A stretch of 64,000 nucleotides of DNA from Squalus acanthias (Eukaryota). A program made the translations under genes and the position numbers. Location: assembly GCA_030390025.1 (NCBI GenBank), contig CM059449.1, positions 15,190,001-15,254,000 of the forward strand, in the 5' to 3' direction. The notes below the pieces were generated by a model, which saw only the letters and a program-made list of their open reading frames with translations, ran no database searches and was not told the DNA's origin. Positions 1 through 13,815 of the stretch are shown here, in pieces; position 1 is the stretch's first letter; each line of letters opens with the position of its first letter.

Positions 1-248
1 AGAAGCAAATGAAATAATTGGTATCGAATGAAGTGAATTAAATTTTGGGGGCAATTTTAACCAAACACGCGGAGAAACGGACGGGATCGGGGGCAACGTC
101 TTGAAGTCAAATGAGAGCAATATTGGGCGGGTCTAAACCCGGAGTTCCACCCGATCCCCTGCATTTCCCGCCCGGTGAATTAGGATAAAATTACCAGAGA
201 ATTTGCCAACCACATGGAATTTAGTAGAGGTACACTTAGTGCTGTTAC

Positions 249-380
249 CTCTCTTACGATGCCGGCTGATAATAATAACGACTATGATGATGATGATGAT
301 CAGGAGAGGAACCGCTACCGCTGCATAGACGAGTGATGGGATCATTGGTGCGGACTCGCCGTGGCTGCTCTCTCCACCAC
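249..380 (-). CDS. Gene A stalk/transmembrane exon of NKp30-like receptor (SGGESSHGESAPMIPSLVYAAVAVPLLIIIIIIVVIIISRHRKR); cytoplasmic exons lie beyond the window start
   Basis: Acceptor tttacacacAG and donor AG|GTAACA, phase 1-1. Hydrophobic run followed by a basic stop-transfer. Paralogous to 12617-12748 and 33929-34054. Confidence 0.85.
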
Positions 381-1939
381 CTGTGTGTAAATGTAAAGTT
401 TCTTTTGTGAGACAGAGCAGTCAAGAACAGGGCAATGGTCACATTGAGATTGAGTATCAGCAAATGTGACACTGATTCCCAATCCTCTTTGACATGCGGG
501 GCTATTTCACACTGGCATACATCAAACTAGGCCACCGATCAAAACGCAAAATGTCACCAGTGGACAACTGGAGATATTCCCACCCTGGAAGTAACACTGG
601 GAGAATGTTAATGCAGGGACGCTTAATGGGTTGGTGCCAGTTTCCTTTCTTTTAAATAGCGGGGGTGGGGTGGGGATCGTGTGAGTTCTGTTAACATAGG
701 AACATAGGAACAGCAGGAGGCCATTCAGCCCCTCCAGCCTGTTCCACCATTCAATGAGATCATGGCTGATCTGTGACCTAACTCCATATACCCGCCTTTT
801 GCCCAATATCCCTTAATACATTTGGTTAACAAAAATCTATCAATCTCCGATTTAAAATTCACAATTCACCCAGCATCAGTTGTCGTTTGAGGAAGAGAGC
901 TCCAAAGTTTTACCACCCTTTTGTGTGTGTAGAACTGTTTCCTAATTTCACTCCTGAAAGGTTTAGCTCTATTTTTTACGCCATGTCCCCGAGTCCTAAA
1001 CTCCCCAATCAGATGAAGTTATTTCTCTCTATCTACCATCTCCGTTCCCCTTAATATCTCGAGAGTGTCCCGCCCAGTTTTCTTGAATTCACTAGACCCT
1101 GGAGATCCAATTGGATCCTGAGCACGAACGAGAAAATCTTCCCCTCCTATTTGCTGGATGCTTAAGACAAATCGAACATCTGGAAATTAGACGTGCCGAG
1201 ACTGGGTGATCAATGCAGTTCTTCTGCGGACCCATCTTTGCATTTTGTTGGCGCGCAATGTTGTAATTTCCATTTACGCACACAACTATATCCGTCAGTA
1301 CCTCCATTTACAAGATGACAGTGAAATCTAACGTATCATAGATGTGTGGAACGGTTTATTCCTAATATTGTCACGCGGTGATTTCAAGGCTCAAGTGTTG
1401 CTCTTATTACTGGGCTCTAGTCTTCGCCTCGCATACTGTAACTGGGTTGACTACTTATCTATAGTCATACCTAAAATTGTATACAGCAACTGAGTGTAAT
1501 TAATATCCCCTCCATTCATTTATTTTAAAAGGTCATTCTCGGGATACGGGCGACGCTGGCGAGGCGGGCATGTTATTGTCCATCTCTGGTTCATCCCTTG
1601 AGAAGGTGGTTGTGGGCCGCCTTCTTCTTGAACTGCTGCAGCCCGGTGTGGTGAAGGTTCTCCCGCAGTGCTGTTAGGGAGGCAGTTCCAGGGTTTTGGA
1701 AGGAACAGCGATACAAGTCCAAATCAGGCTGGTGTGTGACTTGGAGAGGAACTTGGAGGGGATGGCGTTCCCATGCTTCTGCTGCCCTTGACCTTCTAGG
1801 TGGTGGAGATCGCGAGTTTGGGAGTTCCAATTGATAGAATGGAGAATTTACCGAAACTGACAATATTACCCCCTAGAAAAATCCCATATGATTGCGTGAA
1901 ATTTCATTGGTAAGAATATCTCCACCAATCCAAACTTAC

Positions 1940-2290
1940 TGTATTGACGCCGTTCCACGGTCACTTTTGTCCCGGGTCCGTCTGCTGCAGCGAATCCCAC
2001 GAGCTCCACTTTGCAGAAATAGAACCCGGTATCTTCCGGTTTCAGCTGGATGATTCTAATCGACGCGTTTCGCCTTTGGCTGAAATCCTGTCCACTTGCC
2101 CCGAACACCCTGCCTCTGTATTCCGCTGTATTGTTGGAAACTTCATTTCCCTGTTTGTTGCCTCGGTGCCACGTGTAGCTGCCAATTCCTGTGGGACCCT
2201 CATATCGACAGAGCAGGTCCGCTGTCTGTCCCGCGGTTTTGGTGAGAGATTGCGGGTTCTGAATTACGGTGATGTTTCCAACAGTAACTG
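1940..2290 (-). CDS. NCR3: Gene A second Ig V (VJ-type) exon, NKp30/NCR3-like
   Basis: 351-nt phase 1-1 exon (cttgcAG|CAGTT ... A|GTAAGT). Has C, W, D-x-G-x-Y-x-C and J-like GPGTKVTV. Motifs GIGSYTW, EVSNNTAEYRGRV and CKVELVG mirror human NKp30 AIGSVTW, EVRNGTPEFRGRL and CRVEVLG. Symbol denotes family, not proven orthology. Confidence 0.88.
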
Positions 2291-2506
2291 CTGCAAGTGG
2301 GTAAAACACACCATTTATAAATATACAGGGTACTTCTTTGCTTCAAAGCACGCCGTGGAAGGGCTGGTGGTGGAGGTCGCGAGTTTGGGAGTTCCAATTG
2401 ATCGAATGGTGAATTTACCTTTACGGACAATATTACCCCCTGGAAAAATCCCATATGATTGCGTGCAATTTCATTGGTAAGAATATCTGCACCAATCCAA
2501 ACTTAC

Positions 2507-2857
2507 TGTATTGATCCCGTTCCACGGTCACTGTTGTCCCGGTTTCGTCTGCTGCAGTGAATCCCACGAGCTCCACTTTGCAGAAATAGAACCCGGCATC
2601 TTCCGGTTTCAGCTGGATTATTCTAATAGACGCGTTTCCCCTCTGGCTGAAATCCTCTCTACTTGCCCCGAACACCCTGCCTCTGTATTCCGCTGTATTG
2701 TTGGAAACTTCATTTGTCTGTTTGGTGCCTCGGTGCCACGTGTAGCTGCCGATTCCTCTGGGACCCTCATATCTACAGAGCAGGTCCGCTGTCTGTCCCG
2801 CGGTTTTGGTGAGTGATTGCGGTCTCTGAATTACGGTGATGTTCCCGACAGTAACTG
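2507..2857 (-). CDS. NCR3: Gene A first Ig V (VJ-type) exon, NKp30/NCR3-like
   Basis: 351-nt phase 1-1 exon, open frame, both Cys and Trp intact; J-like motif altered to DETGTTVTV. Confidence 0.88.
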
Positions 2858-3378
2858 CTGCAAGTGGGTAAAACAGAACATTTATAAATATACAGGGCAC
2901 TTCTTTACTTTAACGCAGGCCGTGGAAGGGCTGGTTTTAAGCAAATATTATTTCGGAGGATTTTTGATAAGTTATTCCTGATCTTTAACTTGAGGGAATA
3001 AAAACAGAAAATACTGGAAACGCTCAGCAGGCCAGGCAGCATCTGTGGAGAGAGAAATAGAGTCAACGTTTCAGGTCTATGACCTTTCCTCAGAACTGGA
3101 AAAAGTTGGGGATGTACCAGGTCTTCAGCAAATGTAGGGGCCAGGAAAAGGGGGAGGGGAGGAAAGAACAAAAGGGAAGGTCTGTGATAGAGTGGAAGGC
3201 AGGAGAGATTAAATAACACAAGGGACGATGGGGCAAGAGAAAAGGAGATGGTAATGGGACAAGTTATGAAACAAAAGATGGGTTTAGAGGAGGAGTACAT
3301 GGTTAGCTTGAGGGATATTGGTGCTGGAACTGGAGCGCCTTTGGTTTTTAGGCGCACTCCTACGTCAAGTATAGAATG

Positions 3379-4601
3379 ATGCGGAGATGCCGCTGTTGGA
3401 CTGGGGTGGATAAAAGTGAGAAGTCGCACAAAACCAGGTTATAGTCCAACAGCGTTATTTCAAATCACAAGCTTTCGGAGCGCTGCTCCTTCGTCAGGTG
3501 AAGTGAAGAAATACATATGGGCACAGCATAAATAGTCAGAGAACAATGCCAGACGACTACAGTTAATCTTTCTAACTGCCCTTTATCACACCTCGGCAGA
3601 GAGACAATCACGGCAATCAAAGGTGTGGTTGGTGTCCAACCAGGTCAGTCAGGAAGACATTACATCAAAGACAATAGCAAAATACAACAAAGACAATGAG
3701 GTGGGGTCACAAGGGGTCAAATGTGGCAGCTGCTGGAGTCTGTATGGAAAACAATTTTTTTGTAAACTTTTTTTGCTGGAAATTACAGCAGGCCGCATCT
3801 GTTTAGAGAGAACAAGCCAGCGACGACTCGAGTCTGGATGACTCTACGTCAGGTGCGGTTACAGGTAGCGTGACATGAACCCAAGATCCCGGTTGAGGGC
3901 ATCCTCATGGGTGCGGAACTTGGCTATCAGTTTCTGCTCGATGATTTTGCGTTGTCGTGTGTCTCGAAGGCCACCTTGGAGAACGCTTACCCGAAGATCG
4001 GAGGCTGAATGTCCTTGACTGCTGAAGTGTTCCCTGACTGGGAGGTAACAATCCTGCCTGGCGATTATTGCGCGGTGTCCGTTCATACGTTGTCGCAGTG
4101 TGTGCATGGTCTTGCCGATGTACCATGCTCCGGGGCATCCTTTCCTGCAATGTATGAGGTAGACAACGTTGGCCGAGTCACATGAGTATGTACCATGTAC
4201 CTGGTGGGTAGTGTCCTCACGTGTGATGATGGTATCTGTGTTAATGATCTGGCATGTCTTGCAGAGGTTGCCGTGGCACTCCAGCAGCTGCCACATTTGA
4301 CCCCTTGTGACCCCACCTCATTGTCTTTGTTGTATTTTGCTATCGTCTTTGATGTAATGTCTTCCTGACTGACCTGGTTGGACACCAACCACACCTTTGA
4401 TTGCCGTGATTGTCTCTCTGCCGAGGTGTGATAAAGGGCAGATAGAAAGATTAACTGTAGTCGTCTGGCATTGTTCTCTGACTATTTCTGCTGTGCCCAT
4501 ATGTATTTCTTCACTTCACATGACGAAGGAACAGCGCTCCGAAAGCTTGTGATTTCAAATAAAGCTGTTGGACTATAACCTGGTGTTGTGCGACTTCTCA
4601 C
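3379..4601. mobile_element. Penelope-like retroelement, fold-back insertion with GIY-YIG endonuclease fragment (minus, about 3859-4277)
   Basis: ORF with NVVYLIHC..WYIGKT..LRQRMNGHR. Inverted terminal arms. 14-bp flanking duplication tcaagtatagaatg (3365-3378, 4602-4615); empty site in paralogs near 15352 and 36445. Confidence 0.9.
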
Positions 4602-6417
4602 TCAAGTATAGAATGGATCTGGTACAAAGTACTTCTGCCCCGTTCCAAATAATAAGCATTCACTTTAATTTCAGTTCTCCCGATATGCTTTCTGTGCAGC
4701 CCCCGGTCTCATTTACACTTTGAGCTAGGGTGTGAAATGGGCAATCTCGAAGCCCGATATTCTCTTCCATTTGGGGGTCATTTTAACTTTGGGTGCTAAA
4801 TGGGCGAGGTCGGGTCGGCTGCCTCAAATTACAACGGGCGGATGATCCGATGTCGCCCGTTTCAGACGCTCGCGTAAAGTCCAAATCACCTCCAACAAGT
4901 GATGAGAAGTTTAATCTCATTAGTCTGATCAGATTGGAAGTCAGATAGATGCTAAACCCCAGCACCTTCTCACTAATAATCAGCGGTGACCGGAGAATAT
5001 GTAAAATTCAAACAGAATATTAATAGTCAAAATAATAAATCGATCTGAATGTCCTCAGCTTGTTACATGTAGTGACATTACAAATTGGATGAAAGATTTC
5101 CCACTTTGGGTATACCTTGTAAAACCGCCAATACCTCTTTAATTTGTTTTAATGATTTTGCTACAACTACGGATCAGAGAAAATAGTCAATGCACTTGCG
5201 ACCTCGTTCCGCGCAGCAAGCAGCGCTACTCTTGCCCTGTGCTGATAACTAGAGAAAGTTTGTATCCAATTAAACTGCGAGAAATAATATGAATTGAACA
5301 ATGAAAATGTCATGCCCTCTGGAAACGGGTGTTTACTTGAACACAGCCAGCACTCCAAATATTCACTCCAAGGACTGTTGTGGATACAGAATCTTGACAT
5401 TTTTGGTAGATATAATATCGTAGAATCATAGAATAATACAGCAGAGAAGGAGGCAGTTCGGCCCATCGTGTCTGTGCCGGCTGTTTCGAAGAACAATCCA
5501 GTTAGTCCCACTCCCCCCTCTCTTTCCCCCTATCCCTGGAATCTTTTTCTCCTTCAAATATTTGACCAATTCCCTTTTGAAGGCAAATTGAATCTGTATC
5601 TACCACCCTATCAGGCAGAGTACAAGGGCAATCTATACTTCAGGGAGCAACATACATTATGCTTTCCTGGGCCAGATACAGTAAACCTCTTTACCCGAGA
5701 GCTGATCCGTCTCTCACATTGAGCTCTCTCTTTCTCGCTCTGTCTTCCTCAGTCTCTCTTTCTGTCTCTCACACACACGCACGATTGGAACCCATTTCTC
5801 TCTCTCTCTCTCTCGTTTCCTATTGCTATCCATCACTTCTTGATTTAACTCGTCTTCCCTCCCACTATTTGCATCCTTGATGCTGTCCTTCGCCATGGGC
5901 GATTGGCGCTTCACCTAAATGCCTCAATTCAAAATAAGCAACCTCGAAAGCGTTAGCTTCACTGTGGCGAGCCCTGGTTAACTGGGAGATTGATTATATT
6001 ACCAGGACATAATTCATTACCACGGCGCTGAGATACTAAGATGGTTAATCTCGCGTCTATGAGAATTTCCGCACAAACCTGATGTTTTATGATTTGCAGG
6101 CGAGCTGGTCATGAATATAAAATTGGTTAAATCCACAATCTGGTGCTGTGATCAGCAAATATGGGATATCGGAATAAGATTTAACCAGATACACATATAA
6201 ATAAAAAAAAATGGATGGGAGGACATCGCTATGGGTATTTAATATCTAATTAAGACACACAATATTTCATTAAAGTCATTACGAAATAATGGAAATTAAA
6301 TCCAGTCAATTTCAATAAAATGCGGCCACTCCGAAACGCCAGCTTTACGCTCAGGCGGCAAGTTGAAAATCTACCCCATATTCTTGAATGTATCTGATGT
6401 GTCAGAAATAAGCTTAC

Positions 6418-6484
6418 CGGAGAACATAGCGAATGCCCAGGTAACTGCAGCCCAATTCATTCTCCCTGTCGGCGGTGATATCAT
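6418..6484 (-). CDS. Gene A leader exon (MISPPTGRMNWAAVTWAFAMFS|A)
   Basis: ATG at 6484 (second in-frame ATG at 6460), hydrophobic stretch, donor G|GTAAGC in phase 1 matching the V exon, which supplies AVTVG/NITV. The same exon precedes copy D at 46398. Confidence 0.8.
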
Positions 6485-7034
6485 TTCAGAAAAGAAATTC
6501 AAGTAGAGTACAGACAGGAATATTTGAGTAATGCAGTGGGAGAGTGAACCTGAGTCAGAGTCCGGATGTGATGGAATGGAAAACAATGAATTGCAAGCTG
6601 TATATACAACCGCAGATATCTCTCGCACATGGTTGTGTCTCTCTCTCGCTCACACACACACACTCTCTCTCATTCTCTCTCAAGGACAGTTCGCAGCAGA
6701 TACTCTATCGCGGGTTAGATTCTTGGCTTCACCTGTAACCTGGGTACGTCTCTGACCACGTGATAGGAGGCAGAGAGTCGTAGATGTTGCTGTCACTGGT
6801 GAGAAGTAGCGTTAGAGTTCAGGAGGACATAGCCTGATGAAATGGGCAGGCACATGGCAGATGCAATTTAATGCGTCTAAGTGTGAAGTGATGCACTTTG
6901 AGAGGAGCAACATGGAAAGGCACTGTGACCTAAATGGTGCTATTTTGAGGGGCTGCAGCTGCACAGGGACCTGGGTGTGCACATTCACAAATATTTGAAG
7001 GTGTCAGGGCAAGTTGACAAGGCAGTGAAGAAAG

Positions 7035-10020
7035 TCATGGAGTCATAGAGTTCTACAGCATAGAAAGAGGCCCTTCGGCCCATCGTGTCAGCGCCGGCCA
7101 TCAAGCCCTGTGTATTTTAATCCCATTTTCCAGCACTTGGTCCGTAGCCTTGTATGCTATGGCGTTTCAAGTGCTCATCTAAAGGCTTCTTGAATGTTGT
7201 GAGGGTTCCTGCCTCTACCACCCTTTCAGGCAGTGAGTTCAAGATTCCAACCACCCTCTGGGCGAAAAAGTGTTTCCTCAAATCCCCTCTAAACCTCCTG
7301 CCCCTTACCTTGAAACTATGCACCCTGGTTATTAACCCCTCTACTAAGGGGAAAAGTTCCTTTCTATCTACCCTATCTATGCCCCTCATAATTTTGTACA
7401 CCTCAATCAGGTCCCCCCTCAGCCTTTTCTGCTCTAAGGAAAACAACCCCAGCCTGTCCAGTCTCTCTTCATAGCTGAAGCGCTCCAGCCCAGGTAACAT
7501 CCTGGTGAATCTCCTCTGCACCCTCTCTAATGCAATCACATCCTTCCTATAGTGTGGCGACCAGAACTGCACACAGTATTCCAGCTGTGCCCTAACTAGC
7601 GTTTTGTACAGCTCCATCATAACCTCCCTGCTCTTATATTCTATGCCTTGTCTAATGAAGGCAAGTATCGCATTTGCCTTTTTAAACACCTTATCTACCT
7701 GTCCTGCTGCCTTCAGGGATCAATGTACATGCACATCAAGTACCCTCTGATCCTCTGTCCTTCCTCGTGTCCTACCATTCATTGTATATTCCCTTGCCAT
7801 GTTAGTCCTCCTAAAATGCATCACCTCACACTTTTCAGGGTTAAATTCCATTTGCCACAGTGCTGCCCATCTAACCAACCCGTCCATATCGTCCTGTAGC
7901 CTGAGGATTCCCTCCTCGCGACTTACCACTCCACCAATTTACGTGTCATCTGCGAATTTACTGATCACACCTCTTACGTTCATTTCTAAATCATTAATAT
8001 ACACTACAAACAGCAAAGGACCCAGCACCGATCCCTGTGTTGCACCACTGGACACAGGTTTCCAGTCACAAAAACGACCTTCGACCATCACCCTCTGCCT
8101 CCTGCCACTAAGCCAAATTTTGGGTCCAAAATGCGAAATTGCCCTGGATCCCATGGGCTCTTACCTTCTTGACCAGTCTCCCATGTGGGACTTTGTCAAA
8201 AGCCTTACTGATGTCCATGTAGACTATATCAACTGCACTTCACTCATCCACAAACCTAGTCACCCTCTCGAAAAATGCAATTAAATTGGTTAAACATGAT
8301 CTCCCCCTGACAAAGCCACGCTGACTTTCCTTGATTAATCCTTGCCTCTCCAAGTGGAGACTAATTCTGTCCTTCAGAATTTTTTCCAATAATTTCCCTA
8401 CCACTGATGTTAGGCTCCCTGGCCTGTAATACCCAGGTTGAACCCTACTAACCTTCTTGAATAATGGTACTACGTTAGCTGTTCGCCAGTCCTCTGGCAC
8501 ATCCCTTGTGGCCAGAGAGGTTCTGAAAATTTGTGTCAGAGCCCCTGCAATCTCCTCCCTTACCTCACACAGCAGCCTGGGATACATCTTGTCTGGACCT
8601 GGGGATTTATCCACTTTTAAGCCCGCTAAAACCGCTAGTACCTCCTCTTTCTCAACACTAATTTGTTCAAGTATATCACAATCCCCCTGCCTGATTTCTA
8701 TGCCTACATCGGCCTTCTCCAGAGTGAACCCAGGTGCAATATATTCATTTCAAACCTCACTTACATCTTCCAGCTCTACACACAGATTGCCACTTTGGAC
8801 CCTAATGGGCCCTACACTTTCCCTGGTTATACTCTTGCCCTTAATATACTTGTAAAGCACCTTTGGATTTTCCTTTATTTTGCCCAATAGTGTTTTTTCA
8901 TGCCCCCACTACGCTCCACTAATTTCTTTTTTAATCCCTCCCTGCACTTTCTATACTCCACTAGGGCTTCCACTGTTTTTAGTCCTTTGTATCTGCCAAA
9001 AGCCTCCCTTTATTTCCTAATAAATTTTTGTATATCCCTTGACATCCAGGGTTCCCTAGGCTTGTTGCTCCCACCCTTGACCTTTACGGGAACATGTTGA
9101 CGTTGTACTCTCTCTATTTCCTTTCTGAAATACTCCCACTGCTGTGATGTGGATTTTCCTACAAGTAGCTGATCCCAGTCCACTTTGGCCAGATCCTGCC
9201 TTATATTAAAATCGGCCTTCCCCCAATTTAGAACCTTTCTTTCCGGTCCATCTTTGTCCTTTTCCATGACTACCTTAAATCTCACCGAATTATTGGTCAC
9301 CGTCACCAAAATGCTCTCCTACTGACACTTCTAACACTTGCCCGGCCACATTCCCTAGAATTAGGTCCAGCACCGCCCCCTCTCTTGTAGAACTTTCTAC
9401 ATCCTGGCTCAAAAAGCTCTCCTGGATGCACTTTAAGAATGCGGCACCCTCTAAGCCTTTCACACTCTGACTATCCCAGTTAATATTGGGGAAGTTGAAA
9501 TCCCCCCCTATTATTTCTATACTTCTCAGGGATTTGCCTACATATCTGTTCCTCTATCTCCCCCTGACTGTTTGGGGGCGTTTAGTACACTCCCAGCAAA
9601 GTGCTTGCCCCCTTTTTGTTTTCTAGTTCTACCCATATGGCCTCATTAGAGGAACCTGCTAAGATATCATCCCTCCTTACAGCAGTAATTGACTCCTTGA
9701 TTAATATTGAGACACCCGCTCCTCTTTTACACTGCCCTCTGCCTCGCCTGAAGATTCTATACCACGGAATATTGAGCTGCCAGTCCTACCCCTCCCTCAA
9801 CCATGTCTCTGTGATAGCAACAATATCATACTCCCATGTGTTCATCAACACCTTCAATTCATCTGCCTTACTCGCAAGACTCCTTGCATTAAAATGAATG
9901 CCATCCCACCTTGCCATACTCCCTTGTGCCGTTACATATTTGCTCTGCCTTTCAGGCTGACTTGTTTTTTCCTCTATATTTGGCTCTGCATCACCCCCTA
10001 CTATAGCTCCACTCCGTATC
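7035..10020 (-). mobile_element. CR1 LINE, ~3 kb of ORF2 (endonuclease-RT) with frameshifts
   Basis: ORF fragments KSPGPDKMYPRLL, QGSVLGPLLFVVYINDL, KFADDT, LEYCVQFWSP..RLRGDLIEVYK; 3' tail near 7035-7117. Confidence 0.93.
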
Positions 10021-10629
10021 CCGTATGTGGTCTGGTTTGAATTACACGTCGCACGGATCCTGCGTCCAGGTCTCTGGATTACTGGTCCAGTAACATAACC
10101 ACTATGCTGCCGTTCCCTGTATATGCTTGTGCATGCACCTGCTTATTTGTGTGTGGCTATATGTATTTGCGAGTGTTTGTGTGAGTGTGTCTTTCTGTGT
10201 GTGCAGGTGTTTGAATTCTGGGACTGTTAGATTTCATTTCATGCCTTTCTTGATTGGCTTTCTCTTGAATTATAACTCATATTTTAGTCCCATCTCTATT
10301 CAATTTCGATTTTCAACTTGCATGCGCCTGTGCGTAAAACTGGCGTTTGGGATGGGCCGCACCTGTGCTTTACGCCTGTGTGGCAAGTTGAGAATCTACC
10401 CCACATCTTCAAGAAGAAAAGTTGAGGCCGTCCAACTTCGTTTCATCTTTAGATTTTTACATCCAACTGAGAGAACTGTTTACATGATAATCTACCTGGA
10501 AAAGTAAACCAGAGGTCAGTAGGTTTAAAAATAACAGAATTAGCCCAAGTCATTGTGCTACATACCCGATTTGTTCATCTGCACGCAGAGCTGTCATAAT
10601 TCCTCTCTATAAAGCAGAGAAAAAGGAAA

Positions 10630-11078
10630 AAAAGAAAGACTTGCATTTATATAGCGCCTTTGACCACCTCAGGACGTCCCAAAGCGCTTCACAGTCTTTT
10701 TGAAGTGTAGTCGCTGTTGTAATGTAGGAAACGCGGCAGCCAAATTGCGCATAGCAAGCTCCCACAAACAGCAATCTGACAATGGCCAGAAAATCTGTTT
10801 TAGTGATGTTCATTCAGGAATAAACATTGGCCGGGACACCGGGGAGATCACCCCTGCTCTTCTTCAAAATAGTACCAAGGGATCTTTTACTTCCAGCTGA
10901 GAGGATAGACGGGGCCTTGGTCTACTGTGTCATCCAAAAGATGGCACCTCCGGCAATGCAACGCTCCCTCAGCACTGCACTGGGAGTGTCAGCCTAGATT
11001 ATTGTGCTCAAGTCTCTGGAGTGCGAAGGCCACAACCTTCAATGTTTCAGAGGCGTGGGTTAACAACTGAGCCACTGC
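10630..11078 (-). mobile_element. tRNA-derived Deu-domain SINE (SacSINE1-like); paralogous copy at ~31920-32382
   Basis: Deu-like core tttgtgggagcttgct..aatttggctgccgcgtttcctacattacaacag and tail aaggcgctatataaatgcaag; same family at 44365, 57385, 62930, 63350. Confidence 0.7.
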
Positions 11079-13815
11079 AAATGACCCTGCCTAATTTAAT
11101 TTACTTGAACAGTGTATACAATACAATAAAACATATTGTGCCGTAGATATAGCGCTGTAATGCACTGTGGTCTGATGCTATAGGATACAACATAACATGG
11201 AAGAAAACGAGAAGGCAATAATATAAAATATAGAGTAGGATGTACCGTATTTCACAACAATAAAACGATACAATTAGTATGGTCCAATATATAATACGCT
11301 ACCACGCAATATAAAACAGCCTAAGATTTTTCTGTGCGATATAAACGGTGTTCATATCAGATTCCGAGGCCCACTATTTTAACTGTTTACTTTAAACTAA
11401 TGGGAAAAGCAATTTAACATGAGCGCGACAAGCACTCGTGCGAGAATAGGGTGATATCCAGGCTAATCTATTATAATAGATGATATATAATACAGCATAA
11501 CATTGAAACGTACTTTTAAATATCATGTAATAATACGTCACACAAAAAAGTCAGCGTGTGGTAAGAAAATATTTTTAAATATTATATTAGCCATAAACCT
11601 TAACACTTCAAATTGACATTGTGACCAAGACGTCTAAAATGTGTCACTCAATAGCCGTTTTGGAAGCAAGAGTTATTGAATCATAGAGCCATACAGCACA
11701 GAATGAGGCCATTCGGCCCAATCTGCCTGTGCCGGCTCTCTGCAAGAGCTATTAATTAGTCCCACTCCCCCCTGCTCTTTCCCCATAGCCCTGAAACAGT
11801 ACCCTTTTTAACTATTTATCCAAATCCCTTTTGAAAGTTAATGTTGAATCTGCTTCCACCACGCTTTCAGGCAACGCATTCCAGATCACAACTCACTGAG
11901 TAAATAAAACATCTCCTCATCTCCCCTTGGCTTTTTTTTTTGCCAATACATTAAATCTGTGTCCTCTGGTTACCGACAGAATTATTAGCAGATCAATACT
12001 GAACTCATGGTCAACGGATTATACCTGATATAATAGAAAATTAACCAGATTATCAATTAAAAAAAAATAAATCGAAAGATTAAGCGTTCGGAGTTTATTA
12101 AAAGTGACAGGTTGTTCACGTTTCTTTCTGTCACCCACCTGTTTCATGGATCACTGCGTAGAGCGGATCTGGACTGAAGCAAAAGAGGACATCAGAAAAT
12201 TTAGGTATCCAAAACAATAAAATACATTAAAGAACAAGAAAGTGGCTTTCTTTTAAAAAAAGTAGATCTATGTAAACAGTTACCTGGTGGGTTGCTGAAG
12301 AGCGACTGTGAGGAGAGAAAGACAAAGACAGAAAAATTAAAGAGCTGAAGTTATTGATTATATCTGCAAGAAGCAACTGAAATAATTGGTATCGAATGAA
12401 TTGAATCACATTTTGGGGGCAATTTTAACCAAACCCGCGGAGAAACGGATGGGATCGGGTGCAAAGTTTTGAAGTCAAATGAGAGCAACATTGGGCGGGT
12501 CTAAACCCGGCGTTTCACCCGATCCCGTGCGTGTCCCGCCGGGTGAGTTCGGATAAAATTACCAGAGAATTTGCCAACCACATGGAACTCAGTAGAGGTA
12601 CAATTAGTGCTGTTACCTCTCTTACGACGCCGGCTGATAACAACTATGACTATGATGATGATGATGATCAGGAGGGGAACCGCTACCGTTGCAAAGACGA
12701 GTGGTGGGATCATTGGTGCGGACTCGCCGTGGCTGCTCTCTCCACCACCTGTGTGTAAATGTAAAGTTTCTTTTGTGAGACAGAGCATTCAAGAGCAGGG
12801 CAATGGTCACATTGAGATTGAGGATCAGCAAATGTGACACAGATTCCCAATCCCCTTTGACATGCGGGGCTATTTCACACTGGCATACATCAAACTAGGC
12901 CACGGATCAAAACGCAAAATGTCACCAGTGGGCAACTGGAGATATTCCCACCCTGGAAGTAACACTGGGAGAAATTTAATGTAGGGACGTTTAATGGGTT
13001 GGTGCCAGTTTCCTTTCTTTTAAATGCCGGGGGGTAGAGGCGAGGTCGTGTGAGTTCTGTTAACATCGGAACTTAGAAACAGGAGGAGGCCATTCAGTCC
13101 CTCCAGCCTGTTCCACCATTCAATGAGATCATGGCTGATCTGCGACCTAACTCCATATAACCGCCTTTGGCCCATATTCCTTAATACGTTTGGTTAACAA
13201 AAATCTATCAATCTCCGATTTAGAATTAACAATTGATCTAGCATCAGTTGTCGTTTGAGGAAGAAAGTTCCAAACTTCTAGCAGACTGTGTGTGTAGAAG
13301 TGTTTCCTAATTTCACTCCTGAAAGCTCTGCTATAATTTCTACACCATGCCCCCTCGTCCTAAACTCCCCAATCAGCGGAAATAATTTCTCTCTATCTAT
13401 CATCTCTGTTCTCCTTTTTATCTCGAGAGTGTCCCGCCCAGTTTTCTTGAATTCACTAGAACCTGGAGATCCAATAGATCCTGAGCACGAACCAGAAAAT
13501 CTTCCCCTCCTATTTACGGGATGCTTAAGACAAAGCGAACATCTGGAAATTAGAAGTGCCGAGACTGGGTGGTCAACGTGGTTCTTCCGCGGACCCATCT
13601 TTGCATTTTGTTGGCGCGCAATGTTGCAATTTCTATTTGCACACACAACTATATCCGTCACTACCTCCATTTACAGGATGACAGTGAAATCTAACTTATC
13701 ATAGAAGTGTTTACCGGTTTATTTCCAATATTGGCACGCGGTGATTTCACGTGTTGCTCTCATTACGGGGCTCCAGTCTTCGCCTCGCACACTGTAACTG
13801 GGTTGACTACTTATC

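Noticed and set aside
1944-2480. Recurring plus-strand ORFs such as 'MTPFHGH..' (also 2511, 14499, 35591)
   Set aside because: Antisense shadows of the V exons, conserved only because the duplicons are recent.
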